From Minisyncoccota bacterium (GTDB lineage Bacteria; Patescibacteriota; Minisyncoccia; Phycocordibacterales; UBA918), in the NCBI GenBank assembly GCA_022841645.1, contig JALHRC010000003.1, positions 6,553 to 70,552 of the forward strand: 64,000 nt of DNA, written 5' to 3'. Under the pieces are notes generated by a model that was given only the letters and a program-made list of their open reading frames with translations, was not told where the DNA came from and made no database searches. The position numbers and the translations under genes were made by a program. Below, piece by piece: positions 56,572 to 64,000 of the stretch; position 1 is the stretch's first letter; every line of letters begins with the position of its first letter.

Positions 56572-57744
56572 TTATGGTAAAAATTGTTGCAGCCACGACC
56601 AAAGTCCACGCTTGGTTTGCTTCACGACGCCGATGGCACTCGACTCTTCACGGTCGGCTGCTCCCCACATGCAAAGTCCATACGCAACTGCCCAGGCTGA
56701 GTCTTTGATCTTAGTGTGCTTATTGCCGAGCTCAAGCGTGGCAGTACGAGCGGGAAGTAGCAGCACTCGCTTGGCAACATCGGTGATGCGCGGCACACCT
56801 GAGCCACCGCCGGTTAAGATGGCACCAGCTGGTAAAAGTCCATCCCGCTTAATTTTTTTAAGGTGAGCGTCGATGAGGGTAAAGAGGGTAGCGAGGCGAC
56901 CGTCGATGATGTCGTCGAGATGCTTCTTGGTGTACGAGACTGATGTCATACCGCCGCACTTAATTTTCTCAGCCTCCTCGAGGGGGATCTTGAGCCCAAG
57001 TGCGATGTCGTTGGTGAGATCAGCCGAACCCATGGGAAAGATCTTGAGTGAAATTGGCGTGGAGTCTTCAAACACTACCATGGATGTAGTTTCGGCACCG
57101 ATATTTATAAGTATGCACCCCGCGCGCTTTTGGGCTTTGGCGAGCATCACAAAACTGGCCGCTAATGGGGAAGCGATCACGTCTTCCACGAATACCCCAG
57201 CGGCTTCAACTGCACTCACGAGATCGCTGACGTGTTGCTCGTACGTAGTAATAAAGAGCGTGTCCACTTCAAGCTTGGTGCCGCGCAAACCTTGTGGCCG
57301 ACCTAATACCTCAGCGCCGTCGACAGTGTAGTGTAAGGGGATGCTGTGTAGGACGGCGCGGTTCGGAATACGATCAGCGATGCGCTCTTCACTGTCGGTG
57401 GTGGCTTTTTCAACGTCACTGTCGGTGATCTCGGAGTCGGCCCGTGCGGGGATAACTTCGCCCCTTGAGTAGAGTTCATCGAGTCCAATTGAACCAAGTG
57501 CTACGTGCGCTCGCTTGACCGTCACTCCCGCTTGCTTCTCGGCCTGCGTGAGGGCACTCTTCACGCTCCGCGCCACATCGGCGGTTTGGAGGATGTAACC
57601 GCTCTTAAGACCGCGACTCTCCGCATAGCCGGTGCCGATGATTTCGGGCACCGCCCGTTCCCTGGCCCCCTTTTGTACACGGGCAATTGCCACCTTCACG
57701 TGGTAGGTGCCAATATCAATGCCGGTGATGAGGTGGTCTTTCAT
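56572..57744 (-). CDS. ftsA: cell division protein FtsA
   Basis: actin-fold MKDHLITGIDIGTYHVKVAIA; located immediately upstream of ftsZ. Confidence 0.85.
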   Translation of the reverse strand: MKDHLITGIDIGTYHVKVAIARVQKGARERAVPEIIGTGYAESRGLKSGYILQTADVARSVKSALTQAEKQAGVTVKRAHVALGSIGLDELYSRGEVIPARADSEITDSDVEKATTDSEERIADRIPNRAVLHSIPLHYTVDGAEVLGRPQGLRGTKLEVDTLFITTYEQHVSDLVSAVEAAGVFVEDVIASPLAASFVMLAKAQKRAGCILINIGAETTSMVVFEDSTPISLKIFPMGSADLTNDIALGLKIPLEEAEKIKCGGMTSVSYTKKHLDDIIDGRLATLFTLIDAHLKKIKRDGLLPAGAILTGGGSGVPRITDVAKRVLLLPARTATLELGNKHTKIKDSAWAVAYGLCMWGAADREESSAIGVVKQTKRGLWSWLQQFLP

Positions 57745-58148
57745 GATGTACTGGCCTCCACATGCGCCGAATACTTCCGCCGGTAGCGCTGTTCGAGTGA
57801 CTCCATTGTAGCCCCGTGGTCGTAACCCTTCAAATGTAAGAGTGCGTGGATAAATAAAAAGAGCACATGTTCGGCATAGGAGTGCTGGTAGCGTGGCGCT
57901 TCGCGCTTGGCGACGGTGGTGCAGATATATATTTCACCCGCCTCCTTTCCGAGGGGAAAGGAGAGAACGTTGGGGACGTACTCTTTGTGGCGGTAGGTTT
58001 GGTTGAGGCGGCGGGCCCTAGCTTCTCCAATGAAGGTGAGTGTGAGTTCGTAGCGTGCACCAAGGATGCCCTGCGCAATCATGGCGTAGGGGAGAGCGGG
58101 ATACTCAGCAACAGTAGCCGCGGTGGTGACACGGGTAGCGGTCGTCAT
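57741..58148 (-). CDS. ybeY: rRNA maturation endoribonuclease YbeY
   Basis: HALLHLKGYDH zinc-binding motif. Confidence 0.8.
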   Translation of the reverse strand: MTTATRVTTAATVAEYPALPYAMIAQGILGARYELTLTFIGEARARRLNQTYRHKEYVPNVLSFPLGKEAGEIYICTTVAKREAPRYQHSYAEHVLFLFIHALLHLKGYDHGATMESLEQRYRRKYSAHVEASTS

Positions 58149-58181
58149 AAAGCTCAGTATGACACGGAAGCAGACAACGCA

Positions 58182-58211
58182 ACAGCGCGCCGTATGTGTA
58201 CGGCGCGCTGT
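58182..58211 (-). terminator. hairpin between rpsU and ybeY
   Basis: ACAGCGCGCCGTA-TGTG-TACGGCGCGCTGT. Confidence 0.5.
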
Positions 58212-58229
58212 GTTCTGCAGAATTTATTT

Positions 58230-58484
58230 TTATGAGCGGCGGCCTGGCCGTGTCGGTGTCTCAGAGATTTTACCGAGCTTTAGAAGTTTTTCATAAGTTA
58301 CTTTCTTGACCAACTTCTTGAGACGGGCAGTGCGCTGGACGTTACGACTCTTGACACGACTGTGGTAGCGGCCCTTGCGGACGCGCGGAATAATGCCAGC
58401 TCCCTGGACGCGCTTTTGAAAGCGACGGATAACGTTGGCGCTACTTTCGTTGGTGTGTTTATCGACTTGGACATTGGTTGCCAT
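58230..58484 (-). CDS. rpsU: 30S ribosomal protein S21
   Basis: ATG at 58484 (MATNVQV...); IRRFQKR...basic C-terminal RTARLKKLVKK pattern of S21; ORF-track start 58619 is an upstream extension. Confidence 0.7.
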   Translation of the reverse strand: MATNVQVDKHTNESSANVIRRFQKRVQGAGIIPRVRKGRYHSRVKSRNVQRTARLKKLVKKVTYEKLLKLGKISETPTRPGRRS

Positions 58485-58584
58485 AGTGGCCACGAGAATA
58501 CCATGGGAGGCGCGTGAGCGCAACCGTCTTAGTAGTGTGAAAATATGGGGGCCGGCGATGAAGTCGCCGGCCCCCCCACATCTC

Positions 58585-59327
58585 TCAGGTGATCTCCGCG
58601 ACGTTTCTGCTGACCTCAAGGAAACACCTGATGTGGGTAATTCCCTCGAGAAGGACGAGGGCCTGGACGCGTCGCTTTTCGGTGCCCGCTTGTCCTATTT
58701 CACCGAGCTGCCAGTTGATCTCGTTCGCGAGAGCCTGCTGTTCTGCCGGCGAGCGTGTCTGGCTGCGAGGTACCACCAAGTTCAGTCCATACTGTTCGCG
58801 GTAGTAATTATCGAGTGCTCCTGCACACACCTCTACTCGGGGCGGCAGTCGGCGAAGAAATTCGGTCCAGCCTACCGACTGATGGAGTGTGCTCAGGAAG
58901 GCTGCCCCAGCGGCTGTCGCCTCATTCTCTACGAATTCGCGGAGTGAGCCGATACCGTGATAAGCGTCGCCGACGGCCAGAAGTTCGCTTACGCAGTCGT
59001 ACACCAGGATACTGCCCTCGTCTGCCGTCCGCCGTGCCTCGTAGGCGACGCTTCGTTCCTGTCGGCTCGCCTCGAGAATCTTTTCGGAGAACCGATATTT
59101 CTCGATGAGCTCGACAAACATCCTGTTGTGGCCCCGCTTCGCCACCTCATAGAGGAGATAGTATAGTTCGTGCCCCCCATCCACGATCGAATACCCCAGA
59201 AGACTTGTATATCAGTAGGACTCACCTGTGAACTCGCGACAGCGTTAGCAAAGGCGACGGTGTCGCCAGCCAGCGCCGCTTCGATCAGATCGTGCACGTC
59301 AACGTCATGGCTCCAGTACTCGCGCAT
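58585..59327 (-). pseudogene. hypothetical protein gene interrupted by +1/-1 frameshift in a G6 (C6 on + strand) homopolymer
   Basis: ORFs 58989-59327 and 58585-59184 are contiguous in adjacent frames; junction at CCCCCC 59173-59178; a 7th G would fuse them into about 247 aa. Confidence 0.45.
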
Positions 59328-59434
59328 CGTTCATCTCCCAAAAGGACTGTACTAACCGGAGTATAGAAGAAGCCCGATTAAAATACAATCAGCCACCCAC
59401 AACAGGTTTTTCGGTAAGGTGGCTAACGTCAGTG

Positions 59435-60604
59435 TTACGCCACCTGGGCCACAACGGCGTTGTGTCGCTTGAGCTTTTTGATGAGGGCGTCTTCGCTTAC
59501 GTGCTCTTGGGTGCGCGCGCTCATGTCGCGCAGGATGACATTGCGCTCCACAAACTCCTTTTGCCCCACAATAATGGTGTAGCGGACGCCGCGCGCCTCG
59601 GCGTCACGCAGCTGGGTAGAGAGCGAGTCGCTCATGAGGCTGTGGGTCACCGGCACGCCGGCCTTGCGTAGGGTATCAATAAGAAGGAGGCTTCGTACCT
59701 TGGGTCCAAACCCAAGCTGTACAACATAGACCGACGGCAGCTGGTCCTTGAGCCGCGGTGGACGAGCGGGGAGGCGCGCACCGTGAAGTATCATGACCGC
59801 ACCCACACTCGGCGTGCGGCTCTTGGTAGCCCGGAAGAGGAGCTCGTTCATGCGACCGCCGCGAACAGTTAAGGGCGAGGGTTCACTGCCACTGACGTCG
59901 ATAGAAAACAACGCGTCGCTGTAGCACTCGTGGTGACCGAGCATTTTTGGATCAATTTCGTAGGGTGTTTCGCTCATGTCGAGATATTCGACGATTTCGC
60001 GGAAATGCTTGCGGCTTTGGTCGGAGAGGTACTCGAGCGGGTTGGGGCTGCGGGCCGCTAGTTCGTGCCCAGTAGCAATCAGGTGGCCAAGGGCAGAGAG
60101 CGGGTGTTCCTTCATGAGTTCGCGGGCCTCACTCGGGAGGGTATCGAGGCGGCGCTTGAGGAAGTTGCTAATTTCTCGGCCATAACGGGTGACCGATTCT
60201 TGGTCACCGAGGGAGTTGATGCGGACAAAATGTTCGTGGTGACCAAGTTCAGACAAGAGTGAGCGCGTAGCCTGAATAAGAATGGCTTCAGCAATACTTT
60301 TATCAACGTTAAAAATGGAGAAGCTTACCGCCACATCACCCTGTTCCGGGAGGTCGTGATGGTGGTAGAGAAGGACTGGCTCGGCAAGGGCGTGGAGGTT
60401 GTCGTCGCAGTAGGTAGCGACGCTATCGGAAAGAAGCGCGCCGTAGGTGTCAAAGCGCTTGCGTAGTTCCGCTACAGAATGGGGAAGAGTGATGGTGCAG
60501 TCGCGGCAGGCCGGGGATTTTTTCAGCTGCTCGGTGGTACGAAAGCCGTAGTGTTCGGCGGTTTTGGTTGCAGTCTTGAGAAAATCGGTGGGAGAGGTGG
60601 CCAT
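59435..60604 (-). CDS. hisS: histidine--tRNA ligase-like class II aaRS (divergent)
   Basis: C-terminal anticodon-binding fold (YVVQLG...RDAEARGVRYTIIVGQKEF...ILRDM) and motif-3-like GGRMNELLFRATKSRTPSVGAVMILHG; ATG 60604 chosen to avoid overlap with lepB. Confidence 0.55.
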   Translation of the reverse strand: MATSPTDFLKTATKTAEHYGFRTTEQLKKSPACRDCTITLPHSVAELRKRFDTYGALLSDSVATYCDDNLHALAEPVLLYHHHDLPEQGDVAVSFSIFNVDKSIAEAILIQATRSLLSELGHHEHFVRINSLGDQESVTRYGREISNFLKRRLDTLPSEARELMKEHPLSALGHLIATGHELAARSPNPLEYLSDQSRKHFREIVEYLDMSETPYEIDPKMLGHHECYSDALFSIDVSGSEPSPLTVRGGRMNELLFRATKSRTPSVGAVMILHGARLPARPPRLKDQLPSVYVVQLGFGPKVRSLLLIDTLRKAGVPVTHSLMSDSLSTQLRDAEARGVRYTIIVGQKEFVERNVILRDMSARTQEHVSEDALIKKLKRHNAVVAQVA

Positions 60605-60620
60605 AGAGGAGATTACACGA

Positions 60621-61247
60621 TTAATCGTTCGATGCTTCGAGCCTTCCTGGCATGATGTCGATGGTACTCGGTGGGAAGAGGCGCAGGAAGGCGCGACCAA
60701 TGATGTTTTCTTGCTGGAGGACTCCCCATACACGGGAGTCAGAGCTTTGGTCACGATTGTCGCCCATCACAAAGTACTCGCGTTCCCCCAATTCTTGGAT
60801 AACGGTGGGGCCTGGCTTCATGGCGTCGACATACGGTTCGTCGAGTACGATACCAGCTACGTGATCATTATTTGCAATACTGACTGTCGCTCCTTCGATC
60901 GTGACGGTGTCGCCCGGGACGCCAATCACGCGCTTAATAAAGTACTTTGAGGGGTCGCGTGGGTAGCGAAATACGACGACATCCCCCCGCTCAGGCGAGT
61001 GGAGGTAGTAGGAAATTTGATCGACAATCAGATATTGGCCATCGTGAAAGGTGTCTTCCATCGAAGCGCCCGAGACAATGAAGGGTTGCGCAATGAAAAG
61101 GCGTATCGGCACTACAATAATGAGCGCGATAATGGAGAAGCGAATTATTTCCAGGACGGGGTGTGGCTCGGAAGAGGTGTCGATTGTTTCTGATGACGGA
61201 GAAACCGGTGTAGTAGACGATGGTGAAGAACGAGAGAAAAGATTCAT
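60621..61247 (-). CDS. lepB: signal peptidase I
   Basis: SGASMEDT (Ser box), KRVIGVPGDTV, GDNRDQSSDSRVWG motifs. Confidence 0.85.
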   Translation of the reverse strand: MNLFSRSSPSSTTPVSPSSETIDTSSEPHPVLEIIRFSIIALIIVVPIRLFIAQPFIVSGASMEDTFHDGQYLIVDQISYYLHSPERGDVVVFRYPRDPSKYFIKRVIGVPGDTVTIEGATVSIANNDHVAGIVLDEPYVDAMKPGPTVIQELGEREYFVMGDNRDQSSDSRVWGVLQQENIIGRAFLRLFPPSTIDIMPGRLEASND

Positions 61248-61383
61248 AGCACTACGTTGTATGAAGAGACTTCATTATACTCGCGTCGTCGCATTGTGAC
61301 AAACGTTTTGCCGTGGTGCACTCGAGTGCGCTACACATTTTTTTACGCGTGTGTTTCTGTGGCGTCAGTGCTATAGTTTTTCC

Positions 61384-61950
61384 ATGCATTACATCGTTGC
61401 TCTCGGAAATCCTGGTACTCGTTACGACAAGACGCGACACAATATTGGCTGGGCGCTCGCTGATCGACTGGTAGAGAGGGCACAGCTGCCTTTGCCGCAC
61501 GCTAGTAGTCGCTATCGTGGCCGACTGTGTGAAGGAGTGTACGAAGGCGCTGCTCTACAGCTGCTTTATCCTGATACATATATGAATAAAAGCGGGGAAG
61601 CCGCCGCGGCGCTCGTGCCGCGTGACCGTATAGAACAGCTTATTGTCCTACATGACGACATCGCACTCCCTTTAGGAAAGGTGCGAGTGTCGGTTGGGAG
61701 CGGGGCGGCGGGGCACAATGGGGTCGCGTCGGTGATCGATGCTCTTTCTACCACTGAGTTTACCCGCGTACGCCTGGGGGTGGGTGCCCCGCCGCCCCTA
61801 CTTCCCCTGGAACAGTACGTTCTCCAGCCTTTTTTGCCGGAGGAGGCCGAGGCAGTGGAGGCGCTCATGACACAAGGTTTTTCTGCCCTCGAACTCATTC
61901 TCACTGAAGGCGTCGAAATGGCCATGAATAAGGTTAACGGCGGCAACTAG
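61384..61950 (+). CDS. pth: peptidyl-tRNA hydrolase
   Basis: MHYIVALGNPGTRYDKTRHNIGW N-terminus; ATG 61384. Confidence 0.9.
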   Translation: MHYIVALGNPGTRYDKTRHNIGWALADRLVERAQLPLPHASSRYRGRLCEGVYEGAALQLLYPDTYMNKSGEAAAALVPRDRIEQLIVLHDDIALPLGKVRVSVGSGAAGHNGVASVIDALSTTEFTRVRLGVGAPPPLLPLEQYVLQPFLPEEAEAVEALMTQGFSALELILTEGVEMAMNKVNGGN

Positions 61951-61959
61951 TCTGATAGT

Positions 61960-62367
61960 ATGTATTTAGTAAAAACAAAAATCGGACCTTCAGCTGCCCA
62001 TGGCGATGGCGTGTTTGTCGATGAAACGATTCTGGCAGGAGAAGTAGTGTGGCGCTTTGTCGCCGGTCATGACTGCACGCTTTCTAAGGAAGAATTTGCT
62101 GCGCTCGGTGACGACGAAAAAAAGGCGCTCTCGCACGTAGCCTACCTATCGCGCGCTACCGAGCGTTGGGTATTTCCTCCAGAAGGGGACCCAGCGCGCT
62201 TCACGAACCATAGCGATACTCCAAATTTAACGGTGGTCGTAAATTCAGCCGTCTCACCCGAGCCACTATTTGTTGCACGAATAGCGATTCCTAAAGGAGA
62301 GGAACTCACCGTTGACTACCGAACTTTCGATAGCTCGCTTGTTGAACGGAAGTTAGGTTGGCAGTAA
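61960..62367 (+). CDS. SET-domain protein (putative lysine methyltransferase)
   Basis: GDGVFVDETILAGEVV, RFTNHSDTPN (NHS/CxPN-like), IPKGEELTVDY motifs. Confidence 0.65.
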   Translation: MYLVKTKIGPSAAHGDGVFVDETILAGEVVWRFVAGHDCTLSKEEFAALGDDEKKALSHVAYLSRATERWVFPPEGDPARFTNHSDTPNLTVVVNSAVSPEPLFVARIAIPKGEELTVDYRTFDSSLVERKLGWQ

Positions 62368-62374
62368 GCACAGA

Positions 62375-62414
62375 ACAACAGCGCCGCGCCCCCAAAGGGG
62401 CGCGGCGCTGTTGT
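62375..62414. terminator. bidirectional terminator with 18-bp perfect stem
   Basis: ACAACAGCGCCGCGCCCC-CAAA-GGGGCGCGGCGCTGTTGT between convergent SET gene and rpsA. Confidence 0.7.
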
Positions 62415-62556
62415 GTTCACTACTGAGATGGCTCTAAAGTTAATCCAGCACTGTCACACTTATCGTTGTCGGTTCCCTCGTCCCGGTCCTCGCTCCAAGT
62501 ATCGTCGCTGCGGGGGACTCGTCCACCAACAACGACAAGTGTACGCTGGTAGAGAG

Positions 62557-63654
62557 TTATTTCTTCGGATTAGCTTCCTTGTATGAGAGGGTCATGCGCT
62601 GCTCAGCTGGCTCAAACAGCATGATCTTGAACTTATAGACGTTCCCGAGCGAAAGCGTAGCTCGCAGTGCCGCTTCGTTTTCAAAGTCAGACACATGCAC
62701 GAGACCAGCCACACCCTCTTGAATCGAGGCCAAAGCACCGTGCTTGTTGTACTTGATTACTACTGCGTCTACCAACTGTTCTTTCTTGTAGGTACGGCCA
62801 GCTTCGGTCCAAGGATTTTCTTTTAGTTGCTTGATCGAGAGGGAAATCTTGTCATCCTTGACCTCAATCACCTTCACCTTGACGCGGTCACCGACCTTAT
62901 AAAGGGCGCGAGTGTCTTCCACGAGACCCCAGTCGAGCTCAGAAATGTGCACGAGGCCCTCAAGACCTTGCTCAATTTTCACAAACACACCGAAGTCAAC
63001 CGCGCCCGTTACTTCACCTTCGACGGTCTCGCCGACTTGGTAGCGGCCCACTTTCTCTTCCTTCTCTTCCTTTTCCTGGAGACCCTTCTCCGAGAAGATA
63101 AGCTTGTGCTCCTTCTGATCAGCCGTGATCATAATGACCGAGAGATGCTTGCCGACAAGTCCACCGAGAGCGGTAAGAATCTTGTCCTTGTCGCCATCAG
63201 CTACGCGTGGGTAGTGTTCACTTGAAAGCTGGGATGCGGGGAGAAAGCCCTGGATACCCTGCCAGTCAATAATAAGACCACCCTTGTTGGCTTCCTTTAC
63301 CTCGAGACTCATCACCGTACCGCGCTTCACTGCTTCCTCAGCGTCAGCCCAGATGAGTGCCTGACGCGCCTCCTTAAGCGAAAGCTCGATGTAGCCGTCC
63401 TCGTTTTCTGGAGTTACGACCTTAGCACCGATGGTGTCGCCGACCGATACCTTGCGCAGGACGTCGCGCGCGTTCATATATTCACGGCCGTAGATGAGAC
63501 CCGTTCCAAACGGGAAGAGATCGACATAGACCCGCGCGCGGCCGATCGCCGAAACGGTACCTTCTACTAAATGGCCTTCTTTTGGTGCCTCGGGCGTTTG
63601 CTCGAGGAGCGGAGGCATGACGCCACTTTTGGCGTCAATAGTTGCTTCTGACAT
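62557..63654 (-). CDS. rpsA: 30S ribosomal protein S1 (short, about 4 S1 domains)
   Basis: repeated S1 OB-fold motifs (GEVTGAVDFGVFVKIEQGLEGLVHISEL; GKHLSVIMITADQ...). Confidence 0.85.
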   Translation of the reverse strand: MSEATIDAKSGVMPPLLEQTPEAPKEGHLVEGTVSAIGRARVYVDLFPFGTGLIYGREYMNARDVLRKVSVGDTIGAKVVTPENEDGYIELSLKEARQALIWADAEEAVKRGTVMSLEVKEANKGGLIIDWQGIQGFLPASQLSSEHYPRVADGDKDKILTALGGLVGKHLSVIMITADQKEHKLIFSEKGLQEKEEKEEKVGRYQVGETVEGEVTGAVDFGVFVKIEQGLEGLVHISELDWGLVEDTRALYKVGDRVKVKVIEVKDDKISLSIKQLKENPWTEAGRTYKKEQLVDAVVIKYNKHGALASIQEGVAGLVHVSDFENEAALRATLSLGNVYKFKIMLFEPAEQRMTLSYKEANPKK

Positions 63655-63794
63655 TGTTATTTATGATTAATTCCGACGACACGCGTCCGGACAACTGTTA
63701 CTCGTGGCCATGTCCATGAGTCCGGGGTTAACGTGTGCCGCTAGGAACTGCTAATACCTCAACGAGGTGGCAGAAATATACCAGAATGTATCAA

Positions 63795-63908
63795 AAAAAC
63801 AAGGATTAGGAACGAGAGTTAAAAGAGAAGAGTGAAGAGGGAAAAGAGAAACAGGAAGAGGAAACAAAAACGCCACCGACTCGCGGGGAGGGGTGGAAAA
63901 AAAGAAAA
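63795..63908. repeat. about 110-nt purine-rich (+ strand) / polypyrimidine (- strand) low-complexity tract upstream of rpsA
   Basis: AAAAAAACAAGGATTAGGAACGAGAGTTAAAAGAGAAGAGTGAAGAGGGAAAAGAGAAACAGGAAGAGGAAACAAAAACG...GGGGAGGGGTGGAAAAAAAGAAAA. Confidence 0.8.
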
Positions 63909-64000
63909 CTCGCCGGTATGCCAACTGGGCAAATACCGGCGAGTGGAGCTTGGAAGAGGATCAGGTTTGGCTACGTGTAGCTCCACCATCACAGTCTCCC

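Overview
This window reads as a small-genome Patescibacteria (CPR)-like bacterium with about 52-55% GC. That placement is an inference from gene content: a short 741-aa ValS, an oversized RNase P RNA, and many DUF proteins. The core is housekeeping: lepA, valS, tsaD, murJ, mgtE, a Zur/ZIP zinc regulon, ftsB-like, rpsU-ybeY-ftsA-ftsZ, hisS-like, lepB, pth, rpsA, trxB, bcp, a P1B-ATPase and a two-component pair. RNA genes I can support are a roughly 680-nt type-A RNase P RNA with two large insertion hairpins, and tRNA-Arg(CCT), tRNA-Phe(GAA), tRNA-Val(GAC), tRNA-Ser(CGA) and tRNA-Glu(UUC).

Three things stand out.

1. A same-orientation family of roughly 100-150 nt structured non-coding repeats with four clear copies and up to seven including degenerate ones. 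Copies share conserved blocks GTGGTCAC ... CGCTACGCT ... TCGACCCC ... GCGGCCGTCAC around a hairpin whose stem changes by compensatory substitutions between copies. They sit 3' of minus-strand genes: three tRNAs, ftsZ and valS. Two loci also carry a direct partial repeat of the adjacent tRNA 3' end plus the shared 10-mer AGAATCRCGG, and either a complete or a decayed copy of an exonuclease-III-like (EEP) gene.

2. A compositional mosaic next to tRNA-Val: an IS481-like transposase, a high-GC (about 68%) lipoprotein gene, and an AT-rich (about 40%) tightly packed cluster. The cluster encodes a tandem-GT2 glycosyltransferase, a YcaO-domain protein, a membrane protein, a PD40 beta-propeller and a TPR protein. 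I read it as a candidate horizontally acquired post-translational-modification or glycosylation system.

3. A cluster of four or five paralogous secreted or membrane-anchored proteins (39.5-44.4 kb) sharing a Cys/Trp module CxPGYxL...NxxWYxC, plus FN3-like NWQWWR repeats in the two large members.

No CRISPR array was seen.
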